Positions 55,592-64,000 of a DNA stretch of 64,000 nucleotides are shown here, one piece after another; positions within the stretch are counted from its first letter, which is position 1, and each line of letters begins with the position of its first letter. Both the position numbers and the translations under genes were made by a program. Where the stretch lies: IMG/VR virus record IMGVR_UViG_3300035703_000016, positions 94,435-158,434 of that record, one strand, 5' to 3'. The notes below the pieces were generated by a model. It was not told the DNA's origin. It saw nothing but the letters and a program-made list of their open reading frames with translations, and ran no database searches. The stretch is from a virus.

Positions 55592-55828
55592 TTAATTTTG
55601 CGTCTCTAATGAGACCTGGGATAGCTTAATATTAATACATGGCATTCTATCTATTGTAATCTGAAGACCAAAATCAGGAAATCTAGAATTATATCCTATA
55701 TAGTCACATTTTCCAACTATATCACTAATAGGAAACGGAGGTAGACTTTTATACCCTTTTAAGCGAACCCTTTTTCCTTCAAGTTGAGATTTTATAGTAG
55801 TCAATATAGTCTCTGATAATCTATCCAC
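55592..55828 (-). CDS. Hypothetical protein
   Basis: ORF track. Confidence 0.5.
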   Translation of the reverse strand: MDRLSETILTTIKSQLEGKRVRLKGYKSLPPFPISDIVGKCDYIGYNSRFPDFGLQITIDRMPCINIKLSQVSLETQN

Positions 55829-56045
55829 GTCTAAGAAATAAAAATATAAAAAATATTATAAAAGTAATACCTATTACAAAATTATCAGAATTGTTTGCGA
55901 TATACGTCTCTTTCCTATTTCTATAATATAATTTTTTACATTCTTTATATGTAGTATCAAGAGGAGTATAATTATGATATGTCAACATGTCATGTTTTCT
56001 TAAACTACATATAAAATCTATTTCTTCTTTAGCTTGTTTTGTCAT
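55821..56045 (-). CDS. Hypothetical protein with C-terminal TM
   Basis: ORF track. Confidence 0.45.
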   Translation of the reverse strand: MTKQAKEEIDFICSLRKHDMLTYHNYTPLDTTYKECKKLYYRNRKETYIANNSDNFVIGITFIIFFIFLFLRRG

Positions 56046-56111
56046 AACCTATTTTAATTATCGTAAATATACCAATAAACAATTAAACTAAGTAAAATAT
56101 CTTCTAAGTAT

Positions 56112-56618
56112 TTATTTTTTATCAAAGATCACAACAACCACATCGCAATCTCTTAACTCATTGATTATCATAGTCTTAACTCTACTCCAATCTCCACCAG
56201 CTAATCCGCATCCTATTTGAGGTAGTCCAATTGTTTTGCCTTTAAATTGTATATTCATTTTTCTTAAACATAAAGCTAAAGCTTCATAATCAAGAGGAGG
56301 ACCATCTCTAAACCCATAATGATTTTGAGTATAGGCATTTACAACTATAACCTCTGGATCGTTAGCGTTATTTTTAAAATCTAAAGTAGACCAAGTTGAA
56401 TTTTTTCCTAAAACTATAGTTTCATAGTCTATATTTCCTAGTTTATGAGCTGTAGGACCCCAAGTTTCCATCTCAAATTTATCACAACCAAACGCCTTAG
56501 CCATAAGAGGCGCTATACCGGCTCCCATATTAGATTGACAATTGCAACCATGAGCAATTACATTAAATTCTCCTTTTTTTGCTAGATTAATAAGATCCCC
56601 TTTAATTTCTTTATACAT
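56112..56618 (-). CDS. Macrodomain ADP-ribose hydrolase (T4 Tk.4-like)
   Basis: KGDL, IAHGCNC..NMGAGIA, VNAYTQ, LPQIGCGLAGGDW. Confidence 0.88.
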   Translation of the reverse strand: MYKEIKGDLINLAKKGEFNVIAHGCNCQSNMGAGIAPLMAKAFGCDKFEMETWGPTAHKLGNIDYETIVLGKNSTWSTLDFKNNANDPEVIVVNAYTQNHYGFRDGPPLDYEALALCLRKMNIQFKGKTIGLPQIGCGLAGGDWSRVKTMIINELRDCDVVVVIFDKK

Positions 56619-57019
56619 TACGCTCTATATTATATAATTGATTACATCCAGTTTGTAAATTTATAAATTAGAATTTATAAATTTTTACGATAAAAATCAT
56701 CACAACTGAAAAATGTCAAATATTGATGATATATACAATTTATAGTTGCTTTATTCAAATCTAATCAATTTAGCAAAACTAAAATGAGCTTGACTATGAA
56801 TTATAGGAAATATATTTTTCATGAAGTTGTAAGTTAATTGGTATTTTGATATTTGTTGCAATGATATCTTTTAGTTCGCATAAAATATTAGTTCGGGCAT
56901 AATATAATTCAGAAGTAAAACCAACGTTCTTAAAAATATTAGGAGCAAAACTTATTTTTTTCATGATCTACATTTTAATAAATCTACTTTTAATGTATTT
57001 TATTTTTCTTTTTGGAAAT

Positions 57020-57301
57020 TTAAATTTTACTTAGATTTTGTATTTTTTCTTCATAGTCTGCTCTGTTAGGTCGGCTATAGTTGCCGTCACCTCTGCATAT
57101 ACCGTTCCTAAAACCATCTCGCCAACCGCTAGTGTATGCCTCTTTCATCAACTCATACACCACACCAGCCATTACCATTTGTTGCCGAATTTGGTTCTGT
57201 AAGGCACTAGGTGGGAGTAACTCCTCGTACGGTTGATTGTGGGCTTGTTTTAGCTTATTTACAAGCAATTCAGCTAGTTTTGTTTGTTGGAGGTGTGTCA
57301 T
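57020..57301 (-). CDS. Hypothetical protein (GC-richer island)
   Basis: ORF track. Confidence 0.5.
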   Translation of the reverse strand: MTHLQQTKLAELLVNKLKQAHNQPYEELLPPSALQNQIRQQMVMAGVVYELMKEAYTSGWRDGFRNGICRGDGNYSRPNRADYEEKIQNLSKI

Positions 57302-57450
57302 AATTTACATAGTATGGCGTACCTGCCAGTAAGGTTGTGATGTTCTAAAACATTGTTGGGTTAGGTGACTTAAAACGATTCCAAGCATGTCAAATTTATA
57401 ATCGGATATTAAATACCTATGTTTTTTTGCTATTTTCAAAAATCTTTGTT

Positions 57451-58053
57451 TCATATATTTTCAATTTTATAGTACCAAATAAAGTGATTGTTATCCCATG
57501 CGGATTGACCTAATTTTGCAACTATGTGCTGTCTGAAATATCCTGTTAGGTTTGTTGTGTTCTTGTAATTTTCATCATATCCTAAAATAGAACGTATATT
57601 GTCAAATGATACATCATACACCCTCACCGCCTCACAACTTACAATCTTAAATCGTGTACGTGCTGCTGATTTTGGCATGGTAACGGGTGATTGCCAACCA
57701 ACATTTAACCATTCTTCATAAGTCCACTCTGTACCAACATTATCGTCTGCCTTATAGTCGTATTGTATCTCGTCAACCTTTGCCCACGTTTCCCTAACAT
57801 ACACCTCCTGACCGAGTGCGTAGGATACAATATCCATAAGCGTTAAATACTCTCCATTAGTATCGTATGCGTTATTCTCATTTGTATCAACTAAAGAATA
57901 ACATGTTGGGTCTTTTTGCCGTCCCCCTTGCAATTCGATACGCTTACACCACTTAGGTAACTTCATAGCTACCACTATAGCACTTTGCGTACCGTTGTGC
58001 AGGTTTAAAGCCTCGCTGCTATTGGCTATGTATGAGTTACGCATGTGTATCAA
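57451..58053 (-). CDS. ASCH-like phage protein
   Basis: GQEVYVRETW...YKAD...WQSPVTMPKSAAR...W..N..IW. Confidence 0.6.
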   Translation of the reverse strand: MIHMRNSYIANSSEALNLHNGTQSAIVVAMKLPKWCKRIELQGGRQKDPTCYSLVDTNENNAYDTNGEYLTLMDIVSYALGQEVYVRETWAKVDEIQYDYKADDNVGTEWTYEEWLNVGWQSPVTMPKSAARTRFKIVSCEAVRVYDVSFDNIRSILGYDENYKNTTNLTGYFRQHIVAKLGQSAWDNNHFIWYYKIENI

Positions 58054-58419
58054 GTTTTTTTAAGTATAAGATCAACTCCTGCCGATAATGCAAGGTCGTG
58101 TGTGTTCCATTATTTTCTTAAATTTAATCATTTTTTGAGAATTTAGATTCCCTATTCCTTAAGTAGTAGAATAAATATTTTTTTCATGTGAATCTAATTT
58201 TCTCCCCGGGTCGATAATCACATTTTTTATAATATAAGAGAAAAACTGGATATGGAAAATCATAGCATATATTTTTTGGAGAGAGTGGAGAAATTCCCCG
58301 GTGTGTGAAAAACCTTTAGCGACCAGGCCCCCTGCCACCAAGCTCCCAGCACCATAAAACCAGACTCCTAGTAATTTGCCAGCATTATGCTTGTGACTCG
58401 CTAATAAAATTTTAAAAAT

Positions 58420-58446
58420 AAAAAAGAGGAGTTGTTAGCTCCTCTC
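58420..58446 (-). terminator. Intrinsic terminator; related copy at 60597-60625
   Basis: AGAGGAG-loop-CTCCTCTTTTTT on minus strand. Confidence 0.7.
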
Positions 58447-58468
58447 TTCTAAACCAAACAAACGTCTT

Positions 58469-59890
58469 CTACTTACTGTGTTTTTTCAACAAGTCATTCA
58501 ATTCTTGTATAAATAATTCTCTGTTCTTTAGATTGCTCTCATTGATTATTGGCATTAGTGAATGACTATTATTCTTACATTTAACACTCTCTATTGCAAT
58601 CCATAAGTCAGATGTATCACTTATTAATCCAGCAAGTCTTCCGTTTATCTCCTTAATCTTTTCTATGTGTCTGTCGCCAATAAAAAAGTTTTCTTTTCTA
58701 TAAGTCCAACCATTGTCAATTGAGTATCCATAAAACCACTTGTGCTCATTATTATTTAAGAAGTCGGCTAATAGCTTATGTCCTACTTTGATTGGAGATT
58801 CTACTAATTCAAAGCAATCTCTTGGGTGACAGTAAATTTTTCCTTTTAAGTCTAGGAATGAATTTGGTCCAAATTTATCAAGCTGACCGTTATGTCCTAT
58901 ACTAGTTATTTCATATTCTTCACCTACAGTTAGTCCGTCCAGTTTAAAGAAACAGTCTCTATCATAGATATTACTCTTAAACGTTACTAGTTTAACCTTG
59001 TCACCTACTTTGAATGATGGATTGTTTACTACCATAGTCTCTTCTTTCTTATATTCTTTTACTACTTCAAATCTATGGGCATATGTTCCTGAGTCTGAAA
59101 CGATTCCATTATCGAATGTTTCAAGTCTAAAAAACTTTGTATTATTACCTCTTACCTCATAGTCCATTGCTCTATACAGTTTTCCTACTGTAAGTCTGTC
59201 TGTATATCCTTCTGTATGATTATTTTTACATTTAACAACGTATGGCCACTCAGCAGTTGGTTCTAGCTCCGTTTCTTTTTGAACTAGTTTAAAACAATCA
59301 GCCGCTAAATTAAATTTACACTTACCCTCTTTTATTTGTACCCATTGTATTTTAAGTCTAGAAGAGAGAGAATCGCTTATAACATCTAGAAATGACTTTG
59401 ATATTGTGTAGATATTGCCAGGAATTAATCCGTCTTTTTCTGCAGCATAGTCTGATTCTTTGTAATCACTATTTGAATTTGGAACATATATCACTCTATC
59501 TCCAACTTTAAATGGCGGTTCTGTCTCTTTTTCTACTAATTTCCCTGCTCTATTACCTGTTATAATACTACACTCGGTCTGGTATTTTACAATTTTCTCT
59601 TTCATCTTTGTCTTGTCATGGTTAGTACCTTTATATCCTCTTGCTATTTCTAGCGCATTTAGGGTACACCAAGTTGGTATATGATAGATTACTCGCCAAA
59701 TTCCTCTTGACGTATTGGATACAAATCCAGCGCTTCTGAGATATGTTCTATAGCTGTTTATCCTATAGTTAGGTTGATATTGGTCTTTATATCCCTCTGC
59801 TTTCATATAAGAATGAAACTGAGTAGTAGTAAATGTAGTGCCTACTGGGTGACTATTAATAAATTCTACGACTGTTTGATAAATATTCAT
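58469..59890 (-). CDS. Modular early protein with repeated FKVGD(R/K)V SH3-like domains
   Basis: PFKVGDRV...DGL.PG..Y.I...DCFKLV and SFKVGDKV...DGLTVG.EY.I...DCFELV. Confidence 0.6.
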   Translation of the reverse strand: MNIYQTVVEFINSHPVGTTFTTTQFHSYMKAEGYKDQYQPNYRINSYRTYLRSAGFVSNTSRGIWRVIYHIPTWCTLNALEIARGYKGTNHDKTKMKEKIVKYQTECSIITGNRAGKLVEKETEPPFKVGDRVIYVPNSNSDYKESDYAAEKDGLIPGNIYTISKSFLDVISDSLSSRLKIQWVQIKEGKCKFNLAADCFKLVQKETELEPTAEWPYVVKCKNNHTEGYTDRLTVGKLYRAMDYEVRGNNTKFFRLETFDNGIVSDSGTYAHRFEVVKEYKKEETMVVNNPSFKVGDKVKLVTFKSNIYDRDCFFKLDGLTVGEEYEITSIGHNGQLDKFGPNSFLDLKGKIYCHPRDCFELVESPIKVGHKLLADFLNNNEHKWFYGYSIDNGWTYRKENFFIGDRHIEKIKEINGRLAGLISDTSDLWIAIESVKCKNNSHSLMPIINESNLKNRELFIQELNDLLKKHSK

Positions 59891-59931
59891 GTTGTTTGTT
59901 GTTTAGTGAATCAATATTCTATTGCTTCTTT

Positions 59932-59981
59932 GTAAATCTAATGAAAATTATTGACAATAAAAAGTTTTTTTCAGATATTCT
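59932..59981 (-). promoter_or_regulatory. Repeated early-promoter cassette (copies near 60455, 61395, 61731, 62303)
   Basis: Minus strand ATATCTGAAAAAA.TTTTTATTGTCAATAATTTT...TAGATTTAC before successive genes. Confidence 0.65.
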
Positions 59982-60004
59982 ATTTTCAACGATATCATAT
60001 ATGT

Positions 60005-60427
60005 TTAATTGATGTTACTACAATCACTACAATCATTGCAATAACTGCAATAATTACAAGAACTGCAAGAAATGCAATTATGACAATAACTGCAATAATT
60101 ACAAGAACTACAATCACTACAATAACTACAATCACTACAAGAACTACAAGAACTACAATCACTACAATCACTACAATCATTGCAATAACGACAAGAACTA
60201 CAATAACGACAAGAACTACAATAACTGCAATCATTGCAATCATTGCAATAACGGCAATTATGGCAATTATGGCAATAACTGCAGTTACTGCAATTCCAAC
60301 ATCCTTTATTAGTAGAATTGTCATCTACATAATTAGGATTATTTTTTGCAAAATTAGGCGATACGCCGTTTACTAATTTGTTTGTTCTGTTTATAAACTC
60401 TGAATAGGAATCAAAAATCTGTGTCAT
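60005..60427 (-). CDS. Cys-triplet (CxxCxxC...) tandem-repeat protein
   Basis: ~32 consecutive Cxx units encoded by a degenerate 9-nt repeat; has its own promoter cassette. Confidence 0.7.
   Translation of the reverse strand: MTQIFDSYSEFINRTNKLVNGVSPNFAKNNPNYVDDNSTNKGCWNCSNCSYCHNCHNCRYCNDCNDCSYCSSCRYCSSCRYCNDCSDCSDCSSCSSCSDCSYCSDCSSCNYCSYCHNCISCSSCNYCSYCNDCSDCSNIN
60017..60140. repeat. 124-bp exact repeat shared with 63874-63997
   Basis: Compared base by base by eye. Confidence 0.8.
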
Positions 60428-60651
60428 ATTGCTTTGTTTGTTGTTTGGTATACTGTAAATCTACTAAAAATTATTGACAATAAAAATTTTTTTCAGATAT
60501 TCTTTTTCTTCATTTATAGAACTAGTTATTTCTGGTTTAATCAACAAATATATCAAATTAACTACTAATAAAGAATAATTAGTTTCGAGTAAAAATAAAA
60601 AAAGAGGAGCACTTAACTCCTCTTTGTCTATTATATTAATTAAATTATGTT

Positions 60652-61365
60652 CTATTTAGATTCTATTGCAATTACCCAATGTTCTCCCTCTTTTACTACG
60701 CTTACATCCTTTACATCTTTCCCAGATACTACTATGCACCTGTCACGTTTTGCTTCATCTGACACCATGCCGCGTCCAATCGTCAATGTTACATCTTTAC
60801 CAGGTTCTGGAGTTACTCCATAAGTTCCAAGATTTAAAGTGTTCTTTCTAACATCTCCAGATGAATTAATTAACTGTATGTATCTTGGACCAAACAATTC
60901 TGGATATTGAGTAGAGATTTTGTTTTTCCACTCTGTGTCTGCTGCCGAATGAGCTTTTCTAATAAACTCTTCTGATACTTCCACTATACTAGGTAGAATT
61001 GTCTTTAAAAATTTATTACTGATAGGAGTACCGTCTAAATTAGTTACATTGTCATTTACCCAGTCAGAAGAGCGATCTAAAGCATCGCAAAATTCTCCAT
61101 AAGTAACATTATAAACGTCTTTTACTATATGTGGTTTTGTCCAGCAATTTCCACTTTCTATAGACACTAACATAATTGAATTAATAGCTGATCGAGCAAT
61201 GATATACTCACCCATATCACTGATTTTTAATCTGTCTCCCACTTTTAAAGTGGTCTCTTTTGGGAATAATTCTGGAAATTCTCTTTCAATCTTCCGTTTC
61301 CAATCTTTACAAGCGATTGCATGTCTGTCTAATACAAATTGCGATGGTGTTTTGAATGATTTCAT
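60652..61365 (-). CDS. Hypothetical early protein with internal duplication
   Basis: FVLDRHAIACKDWKRKIEREFPELF / FIRKAHSAADTEWKNKISTQYPELF. Confidence 0.6.
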   Translation of the reverse strand: MKSFKTPSQFVLDRHAIACKDWKRKIEREFPELFPKETTLKVGDRLKISDMGEYIIARSAINSIMLVSIESGNCWTKPHIVKDVYNVTYGEFCDALDRSSDWVNDNVTNLDGTPISNKFLKTILPSIVEVSEEFIRKAHSAADTEWKNKISTQYPELFGPRYIQLINSSGDVRKNTLNLGTYGVTPEPGKDVTLTIGRGMVSDEAKRDRCIVVSGKDVKDVSVVKEGEHWVIAIESK

Positions 61366-61441
61366 AGTCTTTATTGATTTTTGTTTGTCAATTAAAAGTA
61401 CTAAAAATTATTGAAAGTAAAAAATTTATTTTGAGATATTT

Positions 61442-61681
61442 TTATTTTAACTGTGATTGTAAGTGTTCTATAAGTTGTTTTATCTCTGTCTGGTCCAAAT
61501 ATATTATAAGACTATCTCTTGTAAATCTATCCATTAAAGATAATTCAAGACTATCGATTGAGGGCGCATTAGAATTACCGGCTACACGCGGTAATACATA
61601 TCCTACTTCTAATATACTATGGTTATGCTCTATACTTAAAGTTTGATATTCTGTGTCTACTCCTAATAAGCTTGTTGACAT
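61442..61681 (-). CDS. Hypothetical protein
   Basis: ORF track. Confidence 0.5.
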   Translation of the reverse strand: MSTSLLGVDTEYQTLSIEHNHSILEVGYVLPRVAGNSNAPSIDSLELSLMDRFTRDSLIIYLDQTEIKQLIEHLQSQLK

Positions 61682-61768
61682 AACTAATTATTTGTTGTTT
61701 GAAGAGACATTCATTATTGATTGTCTCATTGTAAATCTACACAAAATAATCGACACTAAAAAGTTTTT

Positions 61769-62299
61769 CTATAGATTTATTTTTTCTTCATATAGTCTAC
61801 CGTCTTCATAAAACAAGATACCTTGTTTAAATATGGAAATTTTAGCATACTCATCTGTTTCAATCTCCTTTGCAAATCCCTCTATTAAAAGCATATATGC
61901 TGCTTTTAAATTATCTAAGTACTCAGATTTTAACTCATCTACAGTTTGTCCATATTCTAGCATGTCTGAAACACTCGGTCCTACACTACCATTTTCCAGT
62001 TCATCCAGATCGTCTAAAAATTCTCTTGCGATAGAATATATGGTTGAATCAATTTCTGTAGCAGAAACGATGCCCAGGGCGCTCTCTTTTGCGTTTATAC
62101 AGAATTTAGCAACTATGTTTGACGGATTAAGCTGATATTCTGATATATCAATACCTAACATATCACGTCCATCTATTATAACTTGCTCTCTCCAGCTAGT
62201 GGAATTAGATATTAATTTTTTTATACTGTAGATTGCTTTGGATTGAGCATCATTGTTTAGCTCATCAAATGTGTATATGTTCTGTGTGATTTTGTACAT
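61769..62299 (-). CDS. Acidic hypothetical early protein
   Basis: YTFDEL..DAQSKAI...FYEDG pattern. Confidence 0.55.
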   Translation of the reverse strand: MYKITQNIYTFDELNNDAQSKAIYSIKKLISNSTSWREQVIIDGRDMLGIDISEYQLNPSNIVAKFCINAKESALGIVSATEIDSTIYSIAREFLDDLDELENGSVGPSVSDMLEYGQTVDELKSEYLDNLKAAYMLLIEGFAKEIETDEYAKISIFKQGILFYEDGRLYEEKINL

Positions 62300-62361
62300 G
62301 TTGTAAATTTAATTAAAAAAATTGACACTAGAAAGAAAAATCTCAGGTATTTGTTTTCTTA

Positions 62362-63456
62362 CTATGATATCTCCGCTGCTTGGACTATTGATTCTAGTTG
62401 AGCAAGAGTAACTCCTACAGTACAACCTATATTGATAGTTGGAATATCTATAGGCCATCCGTATTTTGTTCCCATTTTTTGGATAGATTTTAGTTTAGCT
62501 ATCAGAGACTCGATATCTTTTAGCTGTATAATATTATTATCTACTTTGATAATTTTATTGCATATTTTTACGGTTTTAGATAAGTCTGATCCTATATTAA
62601 TGATTTGTTTTCTAGTATTTCTATGAAAATAGTCCTTTTCTGATTTTGAAGCATATCTAAAGTGAAAGTACGAATTTTGCCAACCCATATCATCAGTTAC
62701 ACTCGACATTATATCTTGACTTATAGAATCTATATTTCTTATATGATATATAATGTTAGGCCTTACTCTGACCGGCTGTCCTTTTAAATGTCTTGGAACT
62801 GTATCATAAAATTTATCAGAGCTCTCTATAACTACTATGTCGTCTTTCTGGAATCCAGAGAATAGACTTATTCCCTTTTGAGATATCAATAGCTCAGAGC
62901 CATCATAAAATCTAATTCCATATAGGATAGTATTTGAAAATGCAGGATGTCGACCAATATCAAATATAGTAGCGATTTTAAGATTCATCATTGAAAATGA
63001 GTCATTAAATTTAGTATTTTTAAAACCCATTTCTTTAAATACAGATGAATAAGTAGAGTAACATTCCAAAGCGTCAGTTATTATAACTCTATCGCCAACT
63101 TTATAAGACGAGCCTGGAATAGTATAACCTGATACTTGTCTTACTTCTATTGGGTCTGAAAACATAGAAGACTTTTTATAGTACAGTATCTCTGTTATTG
63201 TAGACATGTCTTTTGTTAAACAGTATACAGGAATTTTCTCTTTACCATAAAGATCGGTATTGTTTGCACAAATATACGTCTTAGAATCAGTATTAATTAA
63301 AATATAATTATACTCCATGTTATATGCTCCATCTTTGCTGTCTAAATCAATTGGAGCATGTCCATTCTCTTTTAGCATTGATACAAGAGCAGAAGCAAGT
63401 AATTTTACTTGAGTATTTATTAATGAAACGTAGAATAGTGTTGGTTGATTTGTCAT
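62362..63456 (-). CDS. Modular early protein with YKVGDRV domain
   Basis: ORF track. Confidence 0.55.
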   Translation of the reverse strand: MTNQPTLFYVSLINTQVKLLASALVSMLKENGHAPIDLDSKDGAYNMEYNYILINTDSKTYICANNTDLYGKEKIPVYCLTKDMSTITEILYYKKSSMFSDPIEVRQVSGYTIPGSSYKVGDRVIITDALECYSTYSSVFKEMGFKNTKFNDSFSMMNLKIATIFDIGRHPAFSNTILYGIRFYDGSELLISQKGISLFSGFQKDDIVVIESSDKFYDTVPRHLKGQPVRVRPNIIYHIRNIDSISQDIMSSVTDDMGWQNSYFHFRYASKSEKDYFHRNTRKQIINIGSDLSKTVKICNKIIKVDNNIIQLKDIESLIAKLKSIQKMGTKYGWPIDIPTINIGCTVGVTLAQLESIVQAAEIS

Positions 63457-63498
63457 AACTTTGATTGATTATGCGTTTTGTTTAATAATTAGCAAATG

Positions 63499-63999
63499 TT
63501 AAATTGTTTGTTTTTCAAGTTCGGCACATCTTACAATATCCTTCATGCTTTCTTCGTTGTTTACATAAAACATTGTAGGGGATACTTTAATGTGACTACT
63601 TGCATTATATATAGTCATTGCAGCAAAACAAGTATCTGTTTTACTTTCCAATTCCTTACCAGCTTCCCCAGCCAATACGACTACCCAACCAGCACGGCAA
63701 TGTGTAGTATCGCAAGTATGCCATGTAGACATATCTAGAGCACAATCAACCGATGTTACTTGTAATATTGATTGATGTATATTACTAATAGTTGGGGGTA
63801 CAAAGTTCTCATTGTTATTTATTGTTAAATTTAAAGAACTGCAAGAACTACAAGAACTACAAGAACTACAAGAACTACAATCACTACAATCATTGCAATA
63901 ACTGCAATAATTACAAGAACTGCAAGAAATGCAATTATGACAATAACTGCAATAATTACAAGAACTACAATCACTACAATAACTACAATCACTACAATC
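63499..63999 (-). CDS. Second Cys-triplet repeat protein with C-terminal LDMSTWHTCDTTHCRAGW domain (5' end outside window)
   Basis: Frame open from 63999 through the Cxx repeats into track ORF 63499-63732. Confidence 0.7.
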   Translation of the reverse strand, partial: DCSDCSYCSDCSSCNYCSYCHNCISCSSCNYCSYCNDCSDCSSCSSCSSCSSCSSLNLTINNNENFVPPTISNIHQSILQVTSVDCALDMSTWHTCDTTHCRAGWVVVLAGEAGKELESKTDTCFAAMTIYNASSHIKVSPTMFYVNNEESMKDIVRCAELEKQTI

Positions 64000-64000
64000 A

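Noticed and set aside
58159-58341. 60-aa minus-strand ORF
   Set aside because: Atypical composition, no A-rich start context, and it lies just downstream of a terminator; treated as non-coding.
59951-60376. Thr/Ile-rich (+) and Val/Ile-rich (-) ORFs over the 9-nt repeat
   Set aside because: Alternative frames of the stop-free repeat; only the Cys frame has a promoter cassette, a unique N-terminus and a paralog.
64-62626. Short antisense or nested track ORFs (e.g. 64-357, 6017-6220, 9255-9521, 14029-14319, 17423-17779, 25752-26000, 36140-36712, 61833-62135)
   Set aside because: Shadow frames of longer genes with recognisable motifs or operon context.
60017-64000. Diversity-generating retroelement TR/VR pair or CRISPR array
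   Set aside because: Copies are identical with no adenine-specific mismatches; no reverse transcriptase in the window; no repeat-spacer structure or cas genes.

Overview
AT-rich (~27% GC by eye) 64 kb segment of a large, probably jumbo, myovirus-like phage genome. The host is most likely Bacteroidota: it carries a DUF4494-like gene, TAnnTTT(G/A)-type promoters and A-rich, SD-less start contexts. It uses standard code 11. Left to right: (1) a minus-strand block of probable capsid-packaged proteins plus a GH19 endolysin (1-8.1 kb); (2) a fused Mre11-Rad50 (SbcD-SbcC) gene and a primase; (3) a strand switch with AT-rich repeats near 12.6 kb; (4) a plus-strand gp55-like sigma factor and baseplate/tail operon (12.7-32.1 kb); (5) minus-strand nucleotide metabolism and repair genes (gmk, uvsE, thyA); (6) a translation-rescue island (39-56.6 kb) with smpB, tmRNA, RNA ligase, kinase/phosphoesterases, a macrodomain, 23 intact tRNAs covering 19 amino acids (no Lys), a tRNA split by an HNH gene and several unexplained structured spacers; (7) an early accessory region with repeated promoter cassettes and Cys-triplet-repeat proteins. 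The strongest candidate for an undescribed system sits at the head of the tRNA array (54511-54700). A 38-codon leader peptide using 17 amino acids contains an anti-terminator that competes with an intrinsic terminator. This looks like a ribosome-stalling attenuator that would switch on the phage tRNA set when tRNAs are depleted. All protein family calls come from motif recognition by eye, not from searches.
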